64,000 nt of DNA from Opitutales bacterium (GTDB lineage Bacteria > Verrucomicrobiota > Verrucomicrobiia > Opitutales > PNEW01): assembly GCA_965197745.1 (NCBI GenBank), contig CBDANS010000007.1, positions 1,152,001 to 1,216,000 of the forward strand, read 5' to 3'. Position 1 is the first letter of the stretch. Each line of letters opens with the position of its first letter. The notes under the pieces are model-generated. The model saw nothing but the letters and a program-made list of their open reading frames with translations. It made no database searches and was not told the DNA's origin. The position numbers and the translations under genes were made by a program. Of the stretch, positions 42,398 to 52,257 are shown piece by piece.

Positions 42398-42448
42398 AGC
42401 AATAAGCAATTATGTGAGAGGCCATACGCTGAAGTGGATTGGCTAATT

Positions 42449-43471
42449 ATGAGCAAAATTAAAACGAGAAAAATTGGAAAATCAAATGCGACCGTAACCG
42501 AACTGGGTCTCGGTGGTGCTCCTTTTGGAAACCTTTTTCATCTCTTGAGCGATGATCAGGTGGAGAGAGCATTGCAGACGGCATGGGATTCTGGAGTGCG
42601 CTATTATGACACGGCGCCATACTATGGTTACGGGAAAAGTGAACACCGTGTCGGGCGATTCCTTCGCCGGCAACCACGACAGGATTTTGTTATTTCGACA
42701 AAAGTGGGTCGTGTCTTAATACCTGCTCGCGACCCGGAAAATTTTGTCAGCGAATTCTGGGCGGGGGGGCTGCCATTTGAAGTTAAGGTCGACTACAGTT
42801 ATGATGGCATCATGCGTTCCTATGAAGACAGTCTTCAACGGCTCGGATTACCATCAGTAGATCTGTTACTCATTCACGACCTTGATTTCTGGTTCCACAA
42901 AACGGAAGCGCGAGTCAGCGCATACCTGGCGCAATTGTCAACCAGCTGTTGGCGCGCGCTCGATGAGTTAAGATCGAGTGGAGAAATCAAAGGTGTGGGC
43001 GCAGGTATTAACGAAATGGGTATGATGCCGCGGTTCCTCGACGTCGTAGATTTAGATTTTTTTCTCGTCGCCCTCCCATACACCCTGTTGGACCAGGAAG
43101 TATTAGACGCAGAGTTTCCCAAGTGCGACGAACGCAGTGTCGGTGCCGTCATCGGAGCCGTGTTTGCCTCGGGTATCCTCGCAACCGGTCCGGTAGAAGG
43201 GGCCTATTATGCTTATAGTCCGGCGCCCGAAGAAATCCTCGAAAAGACCCGACGTATCGAAGCGGTGTGTAAAAGACATAATACACCGTTGGCTGCTGCA
43301 GCCATGAAATTTCCGCTCGCGCATCCGATTGTAGCTTCGATCATACCGGGAGCGCTTGAATCGGAGCATGTGATTTCGAATGTAAAATTATTTGAACATC
43401 CAATCCCGGCAGATCTCTGGACCGAGTTGAAGCATGAGGGGTTGATACGAGAGGACGCGCCGACGCCTTGA
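42449..43471 (+). CDS. Aldo/keto reductase (aldose 1-dehydrogenase-like), paralog of 10835-11857
   Basis: LGLGGAPFG, YYDTAPYYGYGKSE, STKVGR, DSLQRLG, IHD, YTLLDQ, C-terminal APTP. Confidence 0.9.
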   Translation: MSKIKTRKIGKSNATVTELGLGGAPFGNLFHLLSDDQVERALQTAWDSGVRYYDTAPYYGYGKSEHRVGRFLRRQPRQDFVISTKVGRVLIPARDPENFVSEFWAGGLPFEVKVDYSYDGIMRSYEDSLQRLGLPSVDLLLIHDLDFWFHKTEARVSAYLAQLSTSCWRALDELRSSGEIKGVGAGINEMGMMPRFLDVVDLDFFLVALPYTLLDQEVLDAEFPKCDERSVGAVIGAVFASGILATGPVEGAYYAYSPAPEEILEKTRRIEAVCKRHNTPLAAAAMKFPLAHPIVASIIPGALESEHVISNVKLFEHPIPADLWTELKHEGLIREDAPTP

Positions 43472-43474
43472 AGA

Positions 43475-43537
43475 AGTGAACAGTGGACAGTGAACAGTGA
43501 ACAGTGGACAGTGAATAGTGAACAGTGAACAGTGATA
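43475..43537. repeat. Heptamer tandem array AGTG[AG]AC, about 9 units
   Basis: 8 full units plus 1 degenerate unit directly after the AKR stop; family C palindrome follows at 43570-43598. Confidence 0.9.
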
Positions 43538-43652
43538 GACAGTATATCGAAAATCTTCGGCTTCGCGACCTTCGTCCCGCAGTCGCGGGACTACGGCGGT
43601 CAGACAGTTCGCTCCACCTTGGAATGCAAGATCTAAATCCATTCCATTCTTA

Positions 43653-44465
43653 TCAATGCGCTTCCATGAGAGGCATCAGGTAGCGATAAGTAGAGGCGAC
43701 GGCCTCATGAACGGTTTCTACCGAAGGCCAACCCTTGTCATCGAATTCCATTTCGATACTCAGGGGACCGGTAAATCCTCCATCATCCAGAATTTTCAAG
43801 ACACGTTTAAAATCGACCTCACCTGACCCTGCTGGTGGGAAATTCCAAACTCCTTTACCACCGATCTTGTCCTTTAAATGAACGAATGCAATTTCCGGCA
43901 GGGCTAACTCCAGGTCTTCATAGGGCCAGGCATCTCCGTAGAAAACACAGTTCGCGGTATCATAGGCTATTTTCACGTTTGGATGATTGACCCGGCGAAT
44001 GACCTCAAGGCTGTCCTCTCCATTTCCAGTGTGAGTGCCGTGCACTTCGATGCCTATTGTCTTACCGTGGTCGCGGGCGTAATCGGCCACTTCTCCTATA
44101 TGATCCAAAAACTTAGTCATGTCTTCGTCGTGGCTGTGTGGTCCGGCAATTGAATTGACCACGCCCACGGCATCCAGCTTAACAGCAAGGTCGATCGTCT
44201 GTTTTGCCAGGGATATTCCTTCTAATGACATCAATCCGGTATGAGCATTGAGGGATGACACTTTCAAGTTGTGGGCATCAAGTTTCGAACGAAAGGCTTT
44301 AATTTGCGCTTCGTCCATATTAAGTTGAGCATGTTCACATAGTCCGGGACTGGCCGTGATATCAATATATTTGTACCCTGCGCGGCTCGTTCCCTCGATC
44401 GCATCATCCACTGCGTAGGGCATGTAAGAGACGCTGCTAACGGAAATTATTTTTGTTAACCCCAT
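43653..44465 (-). CDS. Sugar phosphate isomerase/epimerase (xylose isomerase-like TIM barrel)
   Basis: IEVHG, YDTAN, HLKD, G.GEVDF, SIEME metal ligands. Confidence 0.88.
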   Translation of the reverse strand: MGLTKIISVSSVSYMPYAVDDAIEGTSRAGYKYIDITASPGLCEHAQLNMDEAQIKAFRSKLDAHNLKVSSLNAHTGLMSLEGISLAKQTIDLAVKLDAVGVVNSIAGPHSHDEDMTKFLDHIGEVADYARDHGKTIGIEVHGTHTGNGEDSLEVIRRVNHPNVKIAYDTANCVFYGDAWPYEDLELALPEIAFVHLKDKIGGKGVWNFPPAGSGEVDFKRVLKILDDGGFTGPLSIEMEFDDKGWPSVETVHEAVASTYRYLMPLMEAH

Positions 44466-44526
44466 CAACGTATAGCGCGCAAAACTTATACATTTATTGG
44501 CACTTAATTATTTGAATGAGCAAGAT

Positions 44527-44892
44527 TTATTCGATGAGTGCCTTTACTGCCCTCATCATTTCTTCGAGAGAAAAAGGTTTATGGAAAATATAGGCCGCGC
44601 CTAAATCAGATGCCGCATCAAGGCAGTCGGGAGCAGCTATTTGACTGCCTCCACTCATGGCGATTATTTTTATTTTCGGATAATTTTCCCGAATATTCAT
44701 AATCACTTCAACCCCATCCATCTCAGCCATGAAAATGTCGGTAATAACCAGCTCAGGCGATTCGTCTTTAAGAATATTCAGCGCATTTTTCCCATTAGCA
44801 GCTTCAAGCACCCGGTAATCGGCGTCGTCAAAAAACTGCCTTAATGCCTCTCTCAGCTTTGTGTCATCGTCAATGATAAGAATACTCTTCAT
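44527..44892 (-). CDS. Single-domain response regulator
   Basis: ILIIDDD, ITDIFM.EMDG, IIAMSG, KPF. Confidence 0.92.
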   Translation of the reverse strand: MKSILIIDDDTKLREALRQFFDDADYRVLEAANGKNALNILKDESPELVITDIFMAEMDGVEVIMNIRENYPKIKIIAMSGGSQIAAPDCLDAASDLGAAYIFHKPFSLEEMMRAVKALIE

Positions 44893-45006
44893 TATAAGAT
44901 TTTATCGATTTATATTATTAACAAAAAGTAGAGGTTTGATGGCTGTCAATTATTTCAAATTCTCAGCTCGACGATGTAATATATATTGATTAGCTATAAA
45001 AACCAA

Positions 45007-45789
45007 ATGAACACGCAACTATTGCAAGCATTTAAAGCCAAACTCAAAGAGGCTCCAGTTTTTGGCACTTTTTCCAAGACCTCTGACCCGGGTATCATTG
45101 AGACAATGGGTCATGGAGGATTTGATTTTGTCATTCTCGATATGGAGCATGGGCCCAGCTCCATGGAGACGATCCAGAATTTGATTAGAGCAGCTGAATT
45201 ATCGGGAGTTCTGCCCCTGATCCGTGTTCCTGAAGGCAATGATGAAATAATTGGGAAGACATTGGACGTAGGTGCCTATGGCGTTCAAGTGCCCCAGGTA
45301 ACCAATCCTGATACGGTAAAGCGAGTTATAGATACGGCCCGGTTCCATCCAGAAGGGTCCCGCGGAGTATGTCGATTTGTTCGCGCCGCGGGATACTCCT
45401 CCATGGATAAAAGCAATTATTTTCGCGAGGCGAATGAACCGGTTATCGTGATACAATTGGAAGGCCGTTCCGCCCTGGATAATTTAAATGCTATTCTTGA
45501 TGTGGAAGGATTTGATATTGTTTTTATCGGTCCCTATGACCTGTCCCAGTCGCTGGGCGTCCCCGGTGAAATAGAACATCCCACAGTGGTCAGCACTATT
45601 CGTGAAATTGTGACAGCCTGTCTGGCGAAAGGGATTTACGTGGGCACATTCACTGATACGCCAACGCAGGCAGGAAAGTGGATAAAAGAAGGGATGAAAT
45701 ATATCGCCAATTCCGTAGATATGGGAATTTTCTATGACGCTACCTCAAAACTGGTCTCTGAGCTCAAGAGCTGTGGCAATGAAAAATAA
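45007..45789 (+). CDS. HpcH/HpaI aldolase family protein
   Basis: GFDFVILDMEHG, IRVP, LD.GA.GV.VP, P.G.RG, QLE, FIGPYDLSQSLG. Confidence 0.92.
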   Translation: MNTQLLQAFKAKLKEAPVFGTFSKTSDPGIIETMGHGGFDFVILDMEHGPSSMETIQNLIRAAELSGVLPLIRVPEGNDEIIGKTLDVGAYGVQVPQVTNPDTVKRVIDTARFHPEGSRGVCRFVRAAGYSSMDKSNYFREANEPVIVIQLEGRSALDNLNAILDVEGFDIVFIGPYDLSQSLGVPGEIEHPTVVSTIREIVTACLAKGIYVGTFTDTPTQAGKWIKEGMKYIANSVDMGIFYDATSKLVSELKSCGNEK

Positions 45790-45944
45790 TAAATTGATGC
45801 GATTGAAAACAGGCTGCTAAATTTAGAGTGGCATTTTTTTATAAAAAAATGCTATACTATAGGGTTTAATTGCTGAATTGTGCATTCACACCATTAAAGA
45901 CCCGTAGAATGAACGTGTGTTTTGCCCTTAAACAAATTTAAAAG

Positions 45945-46454
45945 ATGAATGTTGAAGAGCGCATTCAACGCTTGGAGCGACAAAATAACCGACTAAAGGT
46001 AACTTTAATCGGAATGGGGATAACTGTCCTTTTTACCGTCATTTTTGTCTTGGATTCGCGGATAGCCCCGTCTGAAGAAAAGGGAGTTAAGATTAAAGCT
46101 CACCCCCACGTCGTTGTAGAGAAAGATGAAACACTCGTTGAAGGGGACACATTAGCAGGGGAAGGGGCTGAGATTGTCCGAACAAAAAAAGTGGAGTTTA
46201 TCGATGACGACGGTCAGGTGATAGCAGCCCTGGGTTCAAATGAGGGGGGAGATGGATTGGTTATGACTTATAATAATACGGGGGTAAGTTTAGCGCAATT
46301 ACATGCGATCTTTAGTGAAGATGGGTTGGTTGCCGTATACAATGTCGATGGTCAAAGGTTAATTATGGTGGAAGCATTTGAAGGCAACCATGATGGGATA
46401 TCATTAACGAACGGTAAAAGCCTGGCCCTTGTCGCCGGTCAGCTATTACCTTAG
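45945..46454 (+). CDS. Hypothetical membrane-anchored protein
   Basis: N-terminal coiled coil (EERIQRLERQN), one TM segment, beta-rich repeats. Confidence 0.6.
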   Translation: MNVEERIQRLERQNNRLKVTLIGMGITVLFTVIFVLDSRIAPSEEKGVKIKAHPHVVVEKDETLVEGDTLAGEGAEIVRTKKVEFIDDDGQVIAALGSNEGGDGLVMTYNNTGVSLAQLHAIFSEDGLVAVYNVDGQRLIMVEAFEGNHDGISLTNGKSLALVAGQLLP

Positions 46455-46489
46455 ATATTGTTTAGTAATTTGATACAACAGGTGCTTCG

Positions 46490-47185
46490 ATGAGGTCATG
46501 GAATCCTGAAGATTTTGATCCCGATTGGCCTCACGATTTATTTTCTACGCATTTTACCCTTGTTCCTGAATCAACGGCATTACTGGTCATTGATATGCAG
46601 GTGAGTCAGTTTGTAATAAATGCTGACAGTAAATTAGCCCAGCAATATCCGAAAATCGCTCAGTATATGGATCATCGCATCGAAAATGAGGTGTTACCGA
46701 ATATCCAACGATTGATCTCATGCTTTCGTAAACAAGGGCGAAAAATCGTTTATACGCGCAATGGCAATGTTACCCCGACTGCGGATGAGGTTACCGAACG
46801 TCTTAAGGCCAAGAAGACCAGGGACAGTTCAGGTGCTGTGACTTCGCATCGCGGGACCACGGATTATCAGATCGATTCACGTCTGGCCCCGACAGATGCC
46901 GACTTAGTCATTGATAAAATCACATCGGGGGGATTTACCGCTTCCTTTCTTGAGCATGCCTTACACAATATGAATATTCGCACCGTGGTGCTTACCGGGG
47001 TTTTGACCGATGCCTGTGTTTTCGGCACCGCGCGTTCCGCAGCGGAACTTGGTTTTAACAGCTTGATCTGCGAGGACGCTTGTGCCACCTATACCCAGCG
47101 AGCGCATGAAGATGCCTTGCTCATGCACGCGCGCATGTTCGGATGCGTCGATACGACTGAAAGCGTAATCGTGCAAATGACGTAA
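46490..47185 (+). CDS. Isochorismatase-family cysteine hydrolase
   Basis: TALLVIDMQ, DK..SGGF, GVLTDACV..TAR.A, EDACA. Confidence 0.9.
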   Translation: MRSWNPEDFDPDWPHDLFSTHFTLVPESTALLVIDMQVSQFVINADSKLAQQYPKIAQYMDHRIENEVLPNIQRLISCFRKQGRKIVYTRNGNVTPTADEVTERLKAKKTRDSSGAVTSHRGTTDYQIDSRLAPTDADLVIDKITSGGFTASFLEHALHNMNIRTVVLTGVLTDACVFGTARSAAELGFNSLICEDACATYTQRAHEDALLMHARMFGCVDTTESVIVQMT

Positions 47186-47437
47186 ATCAGTTCCACCCCC
47201 AACCCACGGCTTACTTCAAAAAAAGGGGTAAGAGACTGCAACGACGCTCAAAATCCGGACTGTGAAATTCCAAAAACAGACGATTTTAACCCGGTGATTG
47301 TTCATTCAGTCTCCACCTTCCTCTTCATTCCATTACCGCTGTTCGAATAATTAGTGTTGAAGATTAGTGATAAAATTAAACAACCTGTATAGTAAACATG
47401 ATCGATTATCACATTCACATGAAAATATACTATACCC

Positions 47438-48181
47438 ATGTCAAAAGATAGACAATTACTGGAAGGAAAAATCGCCGTAATTACGGGTGGTGGAAGAGGT
47501 ATTGGGAAATCAATCGCCTTGGCCTTTGCGGAGGAAGGGGCGGATATCGCGATTACGGCGCGCACTGATGCTCAGTTACAGGAAGTGGCAGACGAGATCA
47601 GATCAGTGGGCAGGACCTGTCTTACGGTGGCCGCCGATATCTCGGTGGAAAATGATATTGAGCGTGTGTTCAAGCATGTCTTCGATGAATTTGGTAGAAT
47701 TGATGTCCTCGTAAATAACGCCGGTGTCGCCATTGATGGATCTTTCATCGAGATGAAGATGGATGATTGGGACCAGACGCTGAATGTTAATTTGAGGGGA
47801 GCCGTTCTCTGTGCCAAGGCAGCACTGAGTGATATGCTGAAACGAGGTGAGGGGACTATCATCAATATTGCCTCCGCAGCGGGGTTGAGGGGGTTACCCG
47901 GAAACGCGGCTTACAGTGCCTCGAAAGGAGGGATGATTGCCATGAGCCAGGCAGTGGCTGATGAAGTGAAAGAATCGGGAGTGCGGGTTAATGTTATCTG
48001 TCCGGGACCGATTGAAACAGAGATGTTGATGCAATCCAAACTCAAAGATGTCATATTAAAAAATAAAGGAAGTCTTCTTCCTCCTGATGATATTGCCGGC
48101 GCAGCATTGTATTTGGCTTCTGATTTATCAGGGGGGATAAATAGCCAGGTGATCACGGTAAGAAATACTAACCGATGGTAG
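47438..48181 (+). CDS. SDR family oxidoreductase
   Basis: ITGGGRGIG, LVNNAG, YSASKGG, VNVICPG. Confidence 0.93.
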   Translation: MSKDRQLLEGKIAVITGGGRGIGKSIALAFAEEGADIAITARTDAQLQEVADEIRSVGRTCLTVAADISVENDIERVFKHVFDEFGRIDVLVNNAGVAIDGSFIEMKMDDWDQTLNVNLRGAVLCAKAALSDMLKRGEGTIINIASAAGLRGLPGNAAYSASKGGMIAMSQAVADEVKESGVRVNVICPGPIETEMLMQSKLKDVILKNKGSLLPPDDIAGAALYLASDLSGGINSQVITVRNTNRW

Positions 48182-48255
48182 AACTTTTAATAAATTAGCT
48201 TCTTTCTCCCGAAGGGAAATCCCCGAATGATAATCTTGAGACATACGACTCGAAA

Positions 48256-48999
48256 ATGAATCATTTTCGTAATTTCGATCGAATTCTATATGAGATACGG
48301 TCTATTTCAGTAATGATCGCCCTGGTGCTTTCATTAATGTGGCCTCTCAACTCAATCTATGGAGATAGGTTGACCTTTCAATCAAAAGGGGGACTTGCCA
48401 AGGGGAAACTTCTTATCGCCAGTCACTATCTCAAAGATCCTTATTTCTCGCAAACGGTTATTCTGCTATTGGATTACGGGGCATACGGAGCGATGGGTCT
48501 TGTTCTCAATCGTCCCACGAAGGAATACCTCTCCACTGTATTTAACGAGATCGAGGAACTGAAACAGCGAAAGGAAAAATTATTCTGGGGTGGACCTGTG
48601 GGGGAGGACCTCATACTGATGCTCATACGTACAAGCAGCAAGACTAAGAATAATTATCACGTGTTTGCCAATACATACGTAAGCTCAAACCTTGCTTTGC
48701 TACAAGCCATAGCCGGTAACCCAAGAGCGAACGACAGTTTTCGTATCTACACTGGATTTGTAGGTTGGGCACCGGGACAGCTCGACAGCGAAGTTTCAAC
48801 AGGCAGCTGGCAAATATTGTGCGGTGATTCAACTATCGTATTCGACAAAACAGCTTCGGAGATCTGGCCGGATTTAATCCGATATAATTCCGTTCAGATG
48901 GTCCATGCATATGAACCTATAAGAAATCTGAAACTGACCCCGGGACATCGTCACATCGCCCAGACTGTCGGTACCGATAGCTTGCAATCAATGCGTTGA
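48256..48999 (+). CDS. YqgE/AlgH (DUF179) family protein
   Basis: GKLLIA...L.DPYF.QTVILL, GAMGLVLNRP, GGPV, GWAPGQLD.E. Confidence 0.88.
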   Translation: MNHFRNFDRILYEIRSISVMIALVLSLMWPLNSIYGDRLTFQSKGGLAKGKLLIASHYLKDPYFSQTVILLLDYGAYGAMGLVLNRPTKEYLSTVFNEIEELKQRKEKLFWGGPVGEDLILMLIRTSSKTKNNYHVFANTYVSSNLALLQAIAGNPRANDSFRIYTGFVGWAPGQLDSEVSTGSWQILCGDSTIVFDKTASEIWPDLIRYNSVQMVHAYEPIRNLKLTPGHRHIAQTVGTDSLQSMR

Positions 49000-49054
49000 T
49001 GACTGTCGGTCTTTTACCGGAAATAGAGAAAAATCAAATGAGGAATAAAAAGCA

Positions 49055-49714
49055 ATGGATTTCAAAGAAATAAAGCAACGATTGTCCGCTCTCGATACGG
49101 CCTGTGTAAGTGATGCGAATAAAGAACTCCGCGTTATGGATCCGGCTATTCGACCGCTTCAAACAGGGTTAAAACTTATAGGACGTGCCCACACCGTATC
49201 CTGCCATGAAGACTTCCTCATGGTCATCAAAGCGCTCAGAGACGCGGAGCAAGGGGAGGTTATTGTAATAGATTCCCAGGATAGTCGCAGGGCCTTAACG
49301 GGTGAAATGTTTCCCACCGAAGCTATGCGTAAAAATTTAGCAGGTATAATAATTGATGGTCCTTGTCGGGATACGGCTGCGATAAGACGCCTGGCTATTC
49401 CGTATTATGCCCGATCTGTATCTTGCCTGGCTGGAACAAACAATAAGCTGTTTAAGACACAAATCCCGATTACCTGTGGGGGGGTAACGGTAAATCCCGG
49501 TGACATAATTTTCGGTGATGATGACGGGTTAATCGTTGCCACCAATGAAGAACTTTCGGAGATCATTGAGACTGCTGAAAATATCCAAAAAAAGGAACAG
49601 CGAATGCTCGAGGAAATGGAAATGGGGGTAAGTCTGCTTGATATGATGAATTTTGATGATCACTATAGAAAGGTAAGTGATAAAGAAGACAGTAAATTGG
49701 AATTTTTAATTTAG
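49055..49714 (+). CDS. RraA / HMG-aldolase family protein
   Basis: VSDA, GRA.TV, DG..RD, V.PGDII.GDDDG. Confidence 0.88.
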   Translation: MDFKEIKQRLSALDTACVSDANKELRVMDPAIRPLQTGLKLIGRAHTVSCHEDFLMVIKALRDAEQGEVIVIDSQDSRRALTGEMFPTEAMRKNLAGIIIDGPCRDTAAIRRLAIPYYARSVSCLAGTNNKLFKTQIPITCGGVTVNPGDIIFGDDDGLIVATNEELSEIIETAENIQKKEQRMLEEMEMGVSLLDMMNFDDHYRKVSDKEDSKLEFLI

Positions 49715-49799
49715 AGCATCGATGAATATTTCACTATCACCCGCTGCGAATATAAATTTGATTGCGGTGTCATGAATTAATTTACAAAGGTAATGATAA

Positions 49800-50996
49800 A
49801 TGTTGGAACAAATTGAAAAAGCTCCCCCCGACCCCATTTTTGGGCTTACGGATAAATTTAAAAAGGACCCCAATCCCGAAAAAGTAAATTTAGGAGTGGG
49901 AACTTTCCAGGATGCGCAGGGGAAAGTTGCCATTTTGGAATGCGTAAACAGGGCCGAATCATTACTTCTGAAACAAGAAGAAAGTAAAAATTACCTTGGA
50001 ATTGAAGGAGCTCCGGAATTCGCGCGCTGTGTGCAACATCTTCTCTACGGAAAAGAACATGAATTTATTCAATCACAGCGAATCGTCACCGCGCAAACGC
50101 CGGGGGGAACGGGATCACTTCGCATTGCCGGGGAGTTTATTAAAAAGTTTTGTCCCCATGCGAAAATCTGGATGAGTGATCCTACCTGGTCCAATCATAA
50201 TGGTGTTTTTGAAGCGGCAGGTTTTGAAATCGGCACCTACCCTTATTATGATTATGATAATAAGTGTCTTCTCTTTGATCAAATGATTGAAGCTTTAAGT
50301 GAAGTCCCTAAGGGAGATGTGGTTCTTTTTCACGCCTGTTGTCATAATCCAACGGGGATGGATCCCACGCTCGAGCAGTGGCAGACCTTAGCGAAACTGA
50401 CACAGGAAAAAGGTTTTCTCCCGCTTCTCGATTTTGCCTACCAGGGATTCGGGCGCGGGCTTGATGAAGATGCCATGGGCCTTCGCGCTTTTGCCTGGGA
50501 AGGCTGCGAAATTTTCGTTTCCAGTTCTTATTCAAAAAATTTTGGCTTATACAATGATCGCATCGGTGCGCTTAGTATGGTCTGCGCGAACAATAAGGCC
50601 GCTGATAATGCATTAAGTCATATAAAAGCGGCTATCCGTGCCAATTTTTCTAACCCACCGGCGCACGGATCGTTAATTGTGACAACGGTTATTGGGGACC
50701 CCCAACTTAAAGCATTATGGATACAGGAGCTGGCCTCGATGCGTGATCGTATCAATGATATGCGCATGCTTTTTGCGAAAACATTAAAGGATTTTAATGT
50801 TAAAGAAGACTTTAGTTTTATCACTCAACAACATGGTCTGTTTTCATTTACAGGTCTGAGTAAGAAGCAAGTCGAAATCTTAGGAGATAAATATTCCATA
50901 TATATTGTCGGCACAGGCAGGATCAATGTTGCGGGTTTGACTTCTGGTAATATTGACAGAATATGCCGGGCTATTGCAGACGTATTATCTGATTGA
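49800..50996 (+). CDS. aspC: Aspartate/aromatic amino acid aminotransferase (subgroup Ia)
   Basis: APPDPIFGL, KVNLGVG, QTPGGTGSL, HACCHNPTG.D, DFAYQGF, SYSKNFGLY, GRINVAG. Confidence 0.92.
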   Translation: MLEQIEKAPPDPIFGLTDKFKKDPNPEKVNLGVGTFQDAQGKVAILECVNRAESLLLKQEESKNYLGIEGAPEFARCVQHLLYGKEHEFIQSQRIVTAQTPGGTGSLRIAGEFIKKFCPHAKIWMSDPTWSNHNGVFEAAGFEIGTYPYYDYDNKCLLFDQMIEALSEVPKGDVVLFHACCHNPTGMDPTLEQWQTLAKLTQEKGFLPLLDFAYQGFGRGLDEDAMGLRAFAWEGCEIFVSSSYSKNFGLYNDRIGALSMVCANNKAADNALSHIKAAIRANFSNPPAHGSLIVTTVIGDPQLKALWIQELASMRDRINDMRMLFAKTLKDFNVKEDFSFITQQHGLFSFTGLSKKQVEILGDKYSIYIVGTGRINVAGLTSGNIDRICRAIADVLSD

Positions 50997-51118
50997 TTCA
51001 TGATCGTGCTTTTCCTGGATTGATTAGAACTTAGAAACTGATGATCTTGATCTAAGAAGCCACGTGGGTGCTTAATTTTAAAGATCGAATGCCTCACCAG
51101 TTATGAATAATAAGTAAT

Positions 51119-51697
51119 ATGAGTATCACCTTAGATACTGTACTGGAAACAGAAAGATGTATTTTGCGCAGCGTCTCTGAGGGGGATGCGGATTCTTATT
51201 GGGAGGCTATGCAATATCCTGGTTTTACCGACGGATTACTTATCAATCCGGCAAAATCCAGGGAAGAAGTAAGCGAATGGATTAAAATTGATAGAGTAGC
51301 CTGGGGAAAATCAGAAAAATTTGCGTTTACGATTCAAAGAAATAATCAGGAAATCATAGGCCGAATTAATTTACGAGCATCACAAGATATAGGCCGATGG
51401 CATATGGGATTTTGGATTTTGCCGAAATATTGGGGTAACGGCTATGCTGCGGAAGCAGCTATCAAAGTAGTAGAATTTGCTTTTAGATTTTTAAAAGCGA
51501 GGAAAATCTGTGCTGCCCACACCCGGTTAAACCTTCAAAGTAAAAGGGTGATTGAAAAAATGGGCATGCACGTGGTGCAAAATAACGATAAGGGGTTTTT
51601 AAATAAGGGGAAGTGGGTGGCCAATATCCGATATGAAATAACGCGGGATGATTGGTTAAAGAAGAATGTAACGAAAGATGTGATGGAAGAGGTCTAA
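51119..51697 (+). CDS. GNAT N-acetyltransferase, RimJ/RimL-like
   Basis: LETER.ILR, GFWI...YWGNGYA.EA, N..S.RV.EK.GM. Confidence 0.88.
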   Translation: MSITLDTVLETERCILRSVSEGDADSYWEAMQYPGFTDGLLINPAKSREEVSEWIKIDRVAWGKSEKFAFTIQRNNQEIIGRINLRASQDIGRWHMGFWILPKYWGNGYAAEAAIKVVEFAFRFLKARKICAAHTRLNLQSKRVIEKMGMHVVQNNDKGFLNKGKWVANIRYEITRDDWLKKNVTKDVMEEV

Positions 51698-51888
51698 AGC
51701 ATCTGAAATGGAGAAATGCGGGAAGGGTGACGCAATTGGGCAATACACGCCGTTGACCGAAGATAATTTATCCAGAACAACAGTGCCTCCTGTTGAATCC
51801 GTGGCGATACACGGTTGAGCTTAATTCTATTCTAAGAGAAACTGATTGCTGAACTCAATTCAGTGGCATCCAAAATGAAAAAGCCAAA

Positions 51889-52257
51889 TTAATTGCCCAT
51901 TTTTTCGGTAAATCTCTTTTTCAGGTAGTATTTTAAAGATTCCAGCTGTTCCTCATCAAGGCGTCCTGCTAAATTGGCTTTTGAAATCTTTTTTTTCACT
52001 GAATCGGGACAACCTTTTACAGACAATTTGAGATATAATTGTTGTTGCGTTTTTAGATCTTCCGAGACTGGCTCTTTAAGAATCTTGGCTTTACCATAGT
52101 AAATCTTTTCTCCCCTTTTATAAGCATCCATATTTGTATCGGTATAGCGATACTTTTGCATATGTTCCGGCTGCCCCATACTGTAAGTTAGGGGTAGCAG
52201 AATACCGATGCCGATCAGCGAAATTAATGTTTTAAGCTTCATTTGATTATGTGTCAT
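51889..52257 (-). CDS. Small secreted hypothetical protein
   Basis: Signal-peptide-like N-terminus; basic helical body. Confidence 0.55.
   Translation of the reverse strand: MTHNQMKLKTLISLIGIGILLPLTYSMGQPEHMQKYRYTDTNMDAYKRGEKIYYGKAKILKEPVSEDLKTQQQLYLKLSVKGCPDSVKKKISKANLAGRLDEEQLESLKYYLKKRFTEKMGN

Noticed and set aside
12702..43598. CRISPR array
   Set aside because: The repeats are inverted doublets or spacer-less heptamers, not regularly spaced direct repeats with unique spacers; no cas genes
51889..52257. Cytochrome c (RGEKIY resembles a cytochrome c N-terminal helix)
   Set aside because: No CxxCH haem-binding motif
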